32,000 nucleotides of DNA. Origin: Candidatus Blochmanniella floridana (GTDB taxonomy: Bacteria > Pseudomonadota > Gammaproteobacteria > Enterobacterales > Enterobacteriaceae). The DNA is taken from positions 30,001 to 62,000 of the forward strand of contig BX248583.1 of the NCBI GenBank assembly GCA_000043285.1, in the 5' to 3' direction. Below are positions 8,360 to 17,175 of the stretch, piece by piece (positions within the stretch are counted from its first letter, which is position 1; the number at the start of each line of letters is the position of its first letter). A program made the translations under genes and the position numbers. The notes beneath the pieces were generated by a model, which was not told the DNA's origin, made no database searches, and was given only the letters and a program-made list of their open reading frames with translations.

Positions 8360-11260
8360 TTATAAGTTTTTAACTATAAAATATTGATTGAGTAGTTTAT
8401 TTTTGGTTTTATTATAATGATTTAATTTTTCTTGTGATTTTTTAAAGGAATGTTGTAGATTAAGAGAATAATTAGTATTATTCATTTTTTGTTCTAAAAG
8501 ATGAATTTTATAATTTATTAGTTTTATTTCTTTATTAAATTTATGAATTGCGGTTTTTTTGTCAAAGATATTGGGAATGAAAATTATTAATTCTGATTCT
8601 TTTATTGGGATTTTGAAATATCGATTGTTAGAAATATCGTTTTTTTCTAAAAAATTGATTGTTTGTAATTGTAATATTTTAGTAAGTATATGATAATTTT
8701 CTGAAATACATTCTTTGATATGATTAGAAGTATTATAAAATCCTATATCTAATGGAATTTTATATGATATACCAGTGTAAGTTCGAATCATTCTTATTTC
8801 AGCAATGAGATTTTGTATCCATTCTATATCAGAAATAGATTCTAGATCAATGTAATTAGAATCATATTTAGGGAATGATTGTAGCATAATAGTGTGTTTA
8901 TTATTTGTAGTTACTATGGAATGGATTTTTTGCCAAATTTTTTCTGTGATAAATGGAATAATTGGATGTGATAAACGTAGTATAGATTCTAAAGATGTAA
9001 TTAAGGTGTAACGTGTACTGATTAGTTGCAGTGTATTTGTGCTATGATATAAAATTGGTTTGGTAAATTCTATGTACCAATCGCAAAATTGATGCCAAAT
9101 GAATTCATATAGTATATTTACTGTGTGATCAAATCGGTAATCATTTAATGCTTGACTAAATTTTTGTATTGTTTGATGTAATTTTGAAGTAATCCATCGG
9201 TCTGATAAGGAAAATATTTTTTTATTTTTAGTGTCTATATCATAATGGTAGTTGTCAGTATGTGTTATAACGAATTTACTAACATTCCATAGTTTGTTAC
9301 AAAAATTATGATAACTTTCCAATTTATGCATATCCCAGTGTATATCTTGACCAGATGATGCTAGTGCAGTTAAAGTTAATCGTAATGTATCAGCTCCGTA
9401 AGGTTTAATACCATTTGGAAATTGTGTATTAATGTATTTGATGATACTTGAAATTGATTTAGATTGACTGTTTTCTTTCAGTTGTTTTTTTAATAATTTT
9501 TTTTTGGAAATTCCATCAATGATATCTATTGGATCTATTCCGTTACCTTTAGATTTAGACATTTTTTGACCAAATTTATCTCTCATAAGTCCGGTTATGT
9601 ATATCTTTTTGAAAGGAATTTGTGCATTGTTGTTTTGATCTTTAACAAGATACATAGTCATCATAATCATTCGAGCTATCCAAAAGAATATGATATCAAA
9701 TCCGCTTATTATAATATTGGTAGGATGGAACATTTTTAATAAAGTGTTATTTTTAGGCCATCCTAAACTAGAAAATGTCCATAAACTTGATGAAAACCAT
9801 GTATCTAATACGTTATTATCTTGAGATAGTTGTATATCCTTGTTAAGTTGGTTTTTTATTCTAATATCTTTTTCACAGTGTCCTACATATATTGTATTAT
9901 TATTGTCATACCAAACAGGGATACGATGGCCCCACCATATTTGCCTAGATATACACCAATCTTGAATTTCATTCATCCATTGTAAATATATATTTGTGTA
10001 ATTTTTAGGAATAAATTTAATTTTTTCGTTGGTAACAGCATTTATAGCTTGTTTAGCCAAAAATTTTGTTTTTATGAACCATTGATCAGTTAACATAGGT
10101 TCGATAATTGTTCCAGTACGATTATTAATAGGAACAGTTAATTGATGAGTTTTAATGTCTTCTAATATTTTTAGTCGTTTGCATTCTTCAATTATTTTTT
10201 TGCGTGCATCTTTATAATCAAGATTGTGAAACATTTTGGGAATATGATATTGATCATTGGATTGAATGTATGGTTGTCCTTGATTGTTGGATATTTCAGG
10301 TATTGTAAGAATGGTTTTGTATGTGGAAAAAATATTAATCATAGGTAATTTATATTTTTTTCCTATGATATAATCGTTAAAATCATGAGCAGGAGTAATT
10401 TTAACGCAACCTGTTCCTTTATTAATATTTACAAATTTATCAGATATTATAGGAATTCGTCTATTTGTTATTGGAGTGAATACATATTTTCCAATTAGAT
10501 GAGAATAACGAGGATCTTCAGGATTTACTGCGATAGCAACATCTCCTAAAATGGTTTCTGGTCTTGTTGTAGCTATAGTTAAATAATCAGCATTTTTTTT
10601 TTGATTGTTAATATGGGATGTATTATATTCTAATTGATATTGTATGTACCATATAAAATCTGATTTTTGTTTATGAGATACTTCTAAATCGGAAATCGCT
10701 GTTTGTAATTTAGAGTCCCAGTTTACTAATTGTTTTCCTTTATAAATTAAGTTATTTGTATATAATTGAATAAAAGCTTCTTTTACTGCTAATGATATTT
10801 CTGGATCCATTGTAAAATGTTTATTTTTCCAAGATACTGAATGACCTAATCGTTTTATTTGATAATTGATGAATTTTTCGGATTTTTCTTTCCATAACCA
10901 AACTTCTTTGATTAAGGAATGTGGATCATGGTTATCTTTTATAGAATTTTTTTTATTATAAAAGTTTTTTTCTATTAAAATTTGTGTAGCAATTCCAGCG
11001 TGATCTAATCCTGAAGCCCACAATACGTTTTTTCCATTCATACGTTGATATCGAACTAAGATATCCATAATGGTTTGCTGAAATGCATGACCTAGATGCA
11101 ATCCTCCGGTAATATTAGGAGGGGGCATCATAATGCAATAATTTTTTTTGTAGTTATTAATAATATCAGGTTCAAAATAATTAGATTTTTCCCAAAAATT
11201 ATAAATTGATTCTTCTATATTTTTTGGATTATATATTTTGTCTATGGTGTTAATAATCAT
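8360..11260 (-). CDS. valS: Valyl-tRNA synthetase
   Basis: 966 aa class I aaRS. HIGH-type motif PPPNITGGLHLGHA, KMSKS motif KMSKSKGN and a C-terminal coiled-coil region. The start codon overlaps the holC stop (ATGA at 11257-11260). Confidence 0.98.
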   Translation of the reverse strand: MIINTIDKIYNPKNIEESIYNFWEKSNYFEPDIINNYKKNYCIMMPPPNITGGLHLGHAFQQTIMDILVRYQRMNGKNVLWASGLDHAGIATQILIEKNFYNKKNSIKDNHDPHSLIKEVWLWKEKSEKFINYQIKRLGHSVSWKNKHFTMDPEISLAVKEAFIQLYTNNLIYKGKQLVNWDSKLQTAISDLEVSHKQKSDFIWYIQYQLEYNTSHINNQKKNADYLTIATTRPETILGDVAIAVNPEDPRYSHLIGKYVFTPITNRRIPIISDKFVNINKGTGCVKITPAHDFNDYIIGKKYKLPMINIFSTYKTILTIPEISNNQGQPYIQSNDQYHIPKMFHNLDYKDARKKIIEECKRLKILEDIKTHQLTVPINNRTGTIIEPMLTDQWFIKTKFLAKQAINAVTNEKIKFIPKNYTNIYLQWMNEIQDWCISRQIWWGHRIPVWYDNNNTIYVGHCEKDIRIKNQLNKDIQLSQDNNVLDTWFSSSLWTFSSLGWPKNNTLLKMFHPTNIIISGFDIIFFWIARMIMMTMYLVKDQNNNAQIPFKKIYITGLMRDKFGQKMSKSKGNGIDPIDIIDGISKKKLLKKQLKENSQSKSISSIIKYINTQFPNGIKPYGADTLRLTLTALASSGQDIHWDMHKLESYHNFCNKLWNVSKFVITHTDNYHYDIDTKNKKIFSLSDRWITSKLHQTIQKFSQALNDYRFDHTVNILYEFIWHQFCDWYIEFTKPILYHSTNTLQLISTRYTLITSLESILRLSHPIIPFITEKIWQKIHSIVTTNNKHTIMLQSFPKYDSNYIDLESISDIEWIQNLIAEIRMIRTYTGISYKIPLDIGFYNTSNHIKECISENYHILTKILQLQTINFLEKNDISNNRYFKIPIKESELIIFIPNIFDKKTAIHKFNKEIKLINYKIHLLEQKMNNTNYSLNLQHSFKKSQEKLNHYNKTKNKLLNQYFIVKNL

Positions 11261-11718
11261 TGATTTTTTGTGGATATGTGGGTTGTTTTTAAGTTAAAAC
11301 CAAGACTTCTATAGGATTTATATCGTATTCTAGCTAGCTTTTTCAGGTTATCTTCATTAGGAACAAAGTCAATTATTTCATGAAAATTTAAAAAAAAATT
11401 TTTGTTTTTTTGCATAAGATTAATTAGTGTATTTCTGTATTTATTGTCATAACAACACTGGCTCCAGTATATAGTAATTGGAATATTATATGTATTTTTA
11501 CTAAATAGTCCATGTGGTAAAAATGAATTTTTTTCAAAGTTCCATAAGGCTTCATTGATTTTTTTTGCTTGATCGTGAGTGTCGCATGTTATTAATATAG
11601 TTTTTCCAAGTCTCCAGTGGATTTTTGTTAAATGACATACTAATTGTTCTATAGTGTTTAGGTCATTTTTATGATGTATGAATGGTAATAAGTAAAATGT
11701 TCCCTGTTTGTATATCAT
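11257..11718 (-). CDS. holC: DNA polymerase III chi subunit
   Basis: 153 aa. TFYLL....L..IEQLVC.L and FVP.ED.LK.LAR.RYK.YR..GF.L match E. coli HolC. The conserved pepA-holC-valS order and a 4-nt overlap with valS support the call. Confidence 0.9.
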   Translation of the reverse strand: MIYKQGTFYLLPFIHHKNDLNTIEQLVCHLTKIHWRLGKTILITCDTHDQAKKINEALWNFEKNSFLPHGLFSKNTYNIPITIYWSQCCYDNKYRNTLINLMQKNKNFFLNFHEIIDFVPNEDNLKKLARIRYKSYRSLGFNLKTTHISTKNQ

Positions 11719-11760
11719 ATATAAAACAATTTTTTTGTAATTTAAAATATATGTTTATAT

Positions 11761-11784
11761 ATAATTATAATTATAATTATAATT
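11761..11784. repeat. Hexanucleotide microsatellite (ATAATT)x4 with degenerate flanking units
   Basis: Read directly: ATAATT ATAATT ATAATT ATAATT followed by ATTATT ATT. It lies in the pepA-holC spacer, 43-66 nt upstream of the holC start. Confidence 0.85.
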
Positions 11785-11837
11785 ATTATTATTTGAAGTT
11801 ATTAAGTTATCTATTTTATATAATTAATTGATTTTTA

Positions 11838-13352
11838 TTATATTTTTGATATATTAATTAAAAATTGTGTTAAAAGTTCTACAGGGCGACCTGTAGAACT
11901 TTTAACACAATTTTTAGAGATCCAAGCACTTCCTGCAATATCTAAGTGCATCCATTTATATTTATGTGCGAATTTTTTTAGAAAACATGCTGCTGTAATA
12001 GCACCACCAGATCTTCCTCCGACATTTGCTATATCAGCGCAAGAGGATTCTAATTGTTTTTCAAAATTTTCATCTAACGGTAATCTCCAGATATAATCTC
12101 TTGTTTGTTTGGAAGCAAAAATTAAGTTGTTGGATAAGTTATTGTCGTTGGACATTAGGCCACTATAATGGTTACCTAAGGCAATTACACATGCTCCGGT
12201 GAGTGTAGCTATGTCTATAACTATTTCAGGATTATATCTTTCTACATATGTAAGAACGTCGCATAAAAGTAATCTACCCTCTGCATCGGTGTTTAATATT
12301 TCTATTGTTTGTCCAGATAAAGTTGTTAAAATATCTCCAGGTTTTAACGATTTACTACTAATCATATTTTCAGAAACAGCAAGTATGCCAATAATATTTA
12401 ATGGTAATTGTAGTTCGGAAACTATGGACATTATCGCGTATACTGCTGCGGCTCCACACATATCATATTTCATTTCATCCATTTTATCTGATGGTTTTAT
12501 AGATATTCCTCCTGAATCAAAGGTTACTCCTTTACCTATAAGAATAATAGGATTAGTATTTGGGCCTTTAGGATTTTTTTGATACTTAATAATAGGCATA
12601 ACTGCTGGATAAATAGATCCAGATCCAACAGCTAAATAGGCATGCATTCCTATTGTTTTGAGTTGTAATTCATTAATTATTTCTATATCAAGATCTGTAT
12701 TATAATTAGATAATTCTTGCACTTTATTTGATAAATAATTAGGGGTGCAATAATTAGAAGGCATATTACCAAGATTTTTTGCTATATTCAATCCTTTAGC
12801 TATAGCTAGTCCATCTTTAACAGCTTGTTTACAATACTGAAAGTTATTATCAAGTTTATCGATATAAGAAATTATTTCATATGTAATATTTTTTTTGGTT
12901 ACGTCATTTATATTTTTAAATTTGTTAAAAATATAACATTCGTTGTTGCATAATGTTATGCTATTTCTGATTTTCCAGTAATTATCGTATCCATCAATAT
13001 TGAGTTCACTTAATAATAATAGTATTTTAGTAATAGATGATTTTTTACAAAAATTGATAATATAATGTATTACGGTATTGTAAGATTGTGATTTAAATTC
13101 ATTTTTTTTCCCGCAACCTATCAATAAAATTAATTTATTAAAAAAATATGGAGCATCATATAACAATAAGTGTTGATTAATAGATCCGTTAAAATTGTTA
13201 CGTTTTAGTAGTGAGGAGATATATCCTTGACTCATTTTATCAATTTGTATAGTGGAAGGGAATAAATATGAGTCGTTAAATACACCTGTAACAATACAAA
13301 AATTCGGATATGATTCTATATGTTCTTGAGTAACATCAAATTTAATAGGCAT
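11838..13352 (-). CDS. pepA: Leucyl (cytosol) aminopeptidase PepA, M17 family
   Basis: 504 aa. M17 signature NTDAEGRLLLCD, VTFDSGGISIKP, MKYDMCGAAAV and C-terminal TGRPVELLTQFL are as in E. coli PepA. Divergent from lptFG, as in E. coli. Confidence 0.97.
   Translation of the reverse strand: MPIKFDVTQEHIESYPNFCIVTGVFNDSYLFPSTIQIDKMSQGYISSLLKRNNFNGSINQHLLLYDAPYFFNKLILLIGCGKKNEFKSQSYNTVIHYIINFCKKSSITKILLLLSELNIDGYDNYWKIRNSITLCNNECYIFNKFKNINDVTKKNITYEIISYIDKLDNNFQYCKQAVKDGLAIAKGLNIAKNLGNMPSNYCTPNYLSNKVQELSNYNTDLDIEIINELQLKTIGMHAYLAVGSGSIYPAVMPIIKYQKNPKGPNTNPIILIGKGVTFDSGGISIKPSDKMDEMKYDMCGAAAVYAIMSIVSELQLPLNIIGILAVSENMISSKSLKPGDILTTLSGQTIEILNTDAEGRLLLCDVLTYVERYNPEIVIDIATLTGACVIALGNHYSGLMSNDNNLSNNLIFASKQTRDYIWRLPLDENFEKQLESSCADIANVGGRSGGAITAACFLKKFAHKYKWMHLDIAGSAWISKNCVKSSTGRPVELLTQFLINISKI
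11859..11916 (-). repeat. 27-bp perfect inverted repeat with a 4-nt loop, inside the last 26 codons of pepA
   Basis: 11859-11885 (TAAAAATTGTGTTAAAAGTTCTACAGG) is the exact reverse complement of 11890-11916. The loop GCGA is at 11886-11889. The repeat is a direct sequence observation; any function is unknown. Confidence 0.9.
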
Positions 13353-13483
13353 TTATTTGTTGATATAATTAATTATTTATAATGGAAACCATGAACAATA
13401 ATATTAATGACCAAGGTTTTTATATATAAGATTAATTGTAATGATACTGATTTTTGTGGCACAAGACAAGCTTTTAGATAAAA

Positions 13484-14596
13484 ATGATTTTAATTAAATA
13501 TATAATGAAAGAAATATGTAAAAATCAATTAATTATTTTAATATTGTTGTTATTAGCTTGTTTTTGTCAAAAATCAATAAAAGTACTAAGTTTAAGTAAT
13601 AATATTCCAATATATTGGATATTTCTATATTTATTTTTGAGTATTCCAGATTTAGGAAAGTTAATAATTCCATTTAGTTTATTTCTTAGTGTACTTATTT
13701 CGTGTTATCGATTGCATATGCATAATGAAATTTTAGCAATGTATTCTTGTGCTGTTAATAAGTATGTTTTGATACAAAGCATATGTATGTATAGTACTGT
13801 TATTGCAATATTAAGTTTAATTAATTTAGCATATTTGGCGCCTCATTGTGAACAGTATAAAGAAAATATATTTTTTAAAATGAAAAAAAATACGTATTTT
13901 ATTGAATTAATAGAGAAGAAATTTTATTTATTATTTGATGAACATCTTGTATTATTTATTGATAATATTAAAAATGGTATGCTTAATCATGTATTTATAT
14001 TAAAGAGAGTACAAAATATAGATAAGAATGTGTTTAGTATTATTACTGCTGACCAGGGTAGTATACATTATAATTTTAATGATAAATCTCAGTTAATTAT
14101 TTTGCAATCAGGAATGTATTATGAAATACATAATACTCAATTACTATGTATTCCAAGATTTGTAACATATTTTAATCAATATCGTACGTTAGTACATGAT
14201 AAATATCAATTTTTAAGGGATGTTAATAAATCAGTGAAACATATGAATATTAATCAACTTTTAATATCTTCTGAGTTAGAATCATATATAGAATTAAATT
14301 GGCGTTTAACTTTGTTTATATCTGTTTTTATAATGCCAATGATAGCATTATTTGTCATGATGAACATTGCATATGGTTATTTGTCAAATTTTTTATTGGC
14401 AGTAGTATTATATGTATTTTTTTATATGCTTCATATTATGTTGTATACTTGTAGTGTATTAAATTACATGAATATAATTATATTAATGTGGATTATAAAT
14501 TGTATTTATTTAATAATTTTATTATTAATGAATGTGTGGGAATCTTTTCGTTTTAAATGTTTAAGAATTATTTTTATATATTTATTGAAAAAATAA
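13484..14596 (+). CDS. lptF: LPS export ABC transporter permease LptF
   Basis: 370 aa. The N-terminus MILIKYIMKEICKNQLIILILLLLACFCQK parallels E. coli LptF MIIIRYLVRETLKSQLAILFILLLIFFCQK. The ELNWRLTL motif and YjgP/YjgQ topology are present. Confidence 0.93.
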   Translation: MILIKYIMKEICKNQLIILILLLLACFCQKSIKVLSLSNNIPIYWIFLYLFLSIPDLGKLIIPFSLFLSVLISCYRLHMHNEILAMYSCAVNKYVLIQSICMYSTVIAILSLINLAYLAPHCEQYKENIFFKMKKNTYFIELIEKKFYLLFDEHLVLFIDNIKNGMLNHVFILKRVQNIDKNVFSIITADQGSIHYNFNDKSQLIILQSGMYYEIHNTQLLCIPRFVTYFNQYRTLVHDKYQFLRDVNKSVKHMNINQLLISSELESYIELNWRLTLFISVFIMPMIALFVMMNIAYGYLSNFLLAVVLYVFFYMLHIMLYTCSVLNYMNIIILMWIINCIYLIILLLMNVWESFRFKCLRIIFIYLLKK

Positions 14597-14597
14597 T

Positions 14598-15680
14598 ATG
14601 TGTATGTCAAATATTTTAGAGCGTTATATTAAAAAATATGTTTTATTGAATATATTTATGATTTTTTTAATTTTTATATCTTTATCAAGTATTATTAGAT
14701 TAGTAGATGAATTACGTAATTTTCAAAAACAAACTTATTCTGTTTTTGAAATTTTTTTTTGCATTTTTTTAAATATAATAAAAGATTTTGAATTATTTTT
14801 ATCATTATCTACTTTATTAGGGGGAGTATTAGGATTAGGTATTCTTGAATTACGCAATGAATTGATTATTATGAAAGTTTTTGGGTTAAGCAATTTACAA
14901 ATTAATTTATCGGTTATAAAAACTTCTATTTTTATAGTATTATTATATGTCATATATAACATATGGTTATTGCCGTATAGTCAATATTTATTGTGTTCAC
15001 ATCAACATTATAAACAATATAATGTATATTTATTTCCTGAAAAAAATAAAAATTTATGGTTAATGGATAGTGGTAATAGTTTCATTCATGTAAATTATAT
15101 GTTAACTACTCAAGATTTGTTAGGAATTAATTTATATCATTTTACAGAAGAGAGACAATTAAAAAGAATTATATATATTGAAAAAGCGACATATATTGAT
15201 AATTCGTGGTCTGTATCGAATATTAATGAACTGGAGTTTGTTGATAAAATGCAGTTCTTAAATAGAAAAATTTTAAGTTATGAATGGAATACTACTTTGA
15301 CTCCTGCTATATTATCGATGATTACTGTAAATCCTCATTTTTTATCTATTTCTAAATTAATATGTTGTATTAAGTATTTTGATGTACTTGGTCAAAATTC
15401 TAAGTATTATCAGTTGATTTTTTGGGATAAAATTTTCTCTCCTATTTTTGGGGTGATGATGTTAACAATAGCATTGTTATATAGTTATGGTCCGTTTTAT
15501 AAGAAGAAAATAAGTTTTAGATTGTTTTTTGGTGGTATAATTGGTTTTGTGTTTTATGTTTTACATCAAATTTTTGAAATATTAAGTATTGTATATAATA
15601 TCACTCCTATAGTTGGTTCAATAATTTTAATTATGTTATTTTTAATGATTAATACAATTTTTTTGAGAAATATATTTTGA
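14598..15680 (+). CDS. lptG: LPS export ABC transporter permease LptG
   Basis: 360 aa, starting 1 nt after the lptF stop. ILERYI.K, W.T.LTP..LS, YQL.FW.KIF.P and GF.FYVL.QIF match E. coli LptG. The true start could be the second ATG, two codons downstream. Confidence 0.93.
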   Translation: MCMSNILERYIKKYVLLNIFMIFLIFISLSSIIRLVDELRNFQKQTYSVFEIFFCIFLNIIKDFELFLSLSTLLGGVLGLGILELRNELIIMKVFGLSNLQINLSVIKTSIFIVLLYVIYNIWLLPYSQYLLCSHQHYKQYNVYLFPEKNKNLWLMDSGNSFIHVNYMLTTQDLLGINLYHFTEERQLKRIIYIEKATYIDNSWSVSNINELEFVDKMQFLNRKILSYEWNTTLTPAILSMITVNPHFLSISKLICCIKYFDVLGQNSKYYQLIFWDKIFSPIFGVMMLTIALLYSYGPFYKKKISFRLFFGGIIGFVFYVLHQIFEILSIVYNITPIVGSIILIMLFLMINTIFLRNIF

Positions 15681-15691
15681 TATTTTTAGGC

Positions 15692-16615
15692 TTATCTTAA
15701 TGTATGATTGGATGTATTATTGATATATGTTAATAGCATATTTTTGGTGTGATCTCGTAACCATTTGTGAGAAGCAGATTGATTGTTTTTAGAATGCCAT
15801 GCCTGTATAATATTTTTTTTACCTAAATCGAAATCAGGGTTGAAATTGGATAAAGGTGTATTTAATTGATGTGTTAATGTTAATATATAATTTGGTATGA
15901 TTGCTAATATATTTGAATGTGTTACGGCGTTGATGGTGGTGATGTAATCTGGTGTGATTCCAACGATATTACGTTCTGACCAGAAATATTTGTTAGTTTC
16001 GTCAGTGTTAATTAGATATTCGTGTTTTGTTTGAATGAACGGATATTTTAATAAATTGTCCATGTTTTTATGTTTAGATAGAATGGGATGATGATTTCTA
16101 CATATTAAGCAGGATTTAGACATATAAATTGTTCGAATAGTTATTTCCGGATTGAGAGATCGCATTTCTCCTACATATAAATCTATAGTATTATTTCTTA
16201 AAAAATCATCATCGTAATCAGAATCGTTTACTAAATTTATGAATATATTAGGTGTATTAGATTGAATATCTCGGAATAATATAGTATTAAGAGCAAAGAA
16301 AATAGAACTATTTGATGCAATGGTGAATGATGTGTTGGTGTATTTGGGTTCAAAAACAATGTTGCTGTTAATTAATGTCTCAATTTGATTAACTAAATCT
16401 TTAATATTTTCTTTCAAAGCCATTGCTTTTGGTGTAGGAGTTAATTTAGTGCCGCTACGTACTAAAATTTGATCATTGAATAAAATACGTATTTTGTTTA
16501 ATGATTTGCTAATAGCAGGAGCAGTGACATTAAGTTTTTTGGCAGCTAAGTTAACACTGTTATCTTCTAATAATGCATTTAAAACTACTAATAAATTAAA
16601 ATCAAAGTTGTTCAT
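15692..16615 (-). CDS. LysR-type transcriptional regulator (N-terminal wHTH plus substrate-binding domain); resembles the YidZ/NodD-like subgroup
   Basis: 307 aa. FDFNLLVVLNALLEDNSVNLAAKKLNVTAPAISKSLNKIRILFNDQILVRSG..L.PTP.A is the canonical LTTR helix-turn-helix. From memory, this region and the C-terminal WH.KN...HKWLRD resemble E. coli YidZ. Subfamily assignment is tentative without a search. Confidence 0.8.
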   Translation of the reverse strand: MNNFDFNLLVVLNALLEDNSVNLAAKKLNVTAPAISKSLNKIRILFNDQILVRSGTKLTPTPKAMALKENIKDLVNQIETLINSNIVFEPKYTNTSFTIASNSSIFFALNTILFRDIQSNTPNIFINLVNDSDYDDDFLRNNTIDLYVGEMRSLNPEITIRTIYMSKSCLICRNHHPILSKHKNMDNLLKYPFIQTKHEYLINTDETNKYFWSERNIVGITPDYITTINAVTHSNILAIIPNYILTLTHQLNTPLSNFNPDFDLGKKNIIQAWHSKNNQSASHKWLRDHTKNMLLTYINNTSNHTLR

Positions 16616-16903
16616 ATAATAAAATTCATATAGTATAGTATTTTACTAGTATTATAATGTATAAACGTATAAGAGTAAAATATATCTCTATTATGTAAGA
16701 TTTTCTTGTAATGGATGATATAAATATGTTGAAGAGACGTATTGATAATGAATTTAAATAAATATATACATATTTATTAATTTTTAGTATAGTAAGAATA
16801 TTAGTGAATTGATATTGAGGTTTTTGTGAATTAAGTATTTATTATTTTATAATGTTTTTTGTTAATGTAAGATTAAATATTTGATATGATGATATGATTA
16901 TTT

Positions 16904-16985
16904 GCCGAAGTGGCGGAAAAGGTAGACGCAATTGATTCAAAATCAATCACTGTGAGGTGTGTCGGTTCGAGTCCGACCTTCGGTA
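16904..16985 (+). tRNA. leuX: tRNA-Leu, anticodon CAA (class II, long variable arm)
   Basis: GCCGAAGTGGCGGAAAAGGTAGACGCAATTGATTCAAAATCAAT...GTCGGTTCGAGTCCGACCTTCGGTA. Anticodon loop TTCAAAA with CAA at 16938-16940. T arm GTCGG/TTCGAGT/CCGAC. Very close to E. coli leuX. No encoded CCA, and pair 1:72 is G-U. Confidence 0.9.
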
Positions 16986-17051
16986 ATAGAGTTTTAATCA
17001 TTTAAAATTATAGATGTTTGATGAGTGAATTTTAAAAAGTTGGGGTATAAA

Positions 17052-17074
17052 AATATGTTATGTTATAACATTTA
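17052..17074. promoter_or_regulatory. Candidate Zur operator (Zur box) upstream of znuC
   Basis: AATATGTTATGTTATAACATTTA contains ATGTTAT-N3-ATAACAT (17055-17071). By my count, 19 of 23 positions match the gamma-proteobacterial Zur consensus GAAATGTTATAWTATAACATTTC. It is located upstream of a Zn-type ABC importer. Confidence 0.6.
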
Positions 17075-17175
17075 AATATGATTGATAATAAACAGTATTT
17101 ATCCATTGAAATGAAATTATTTGTTATTTCTGGAATTGTTCGAATATTATTAGTAATATTAGTTTTATTTTTTTT

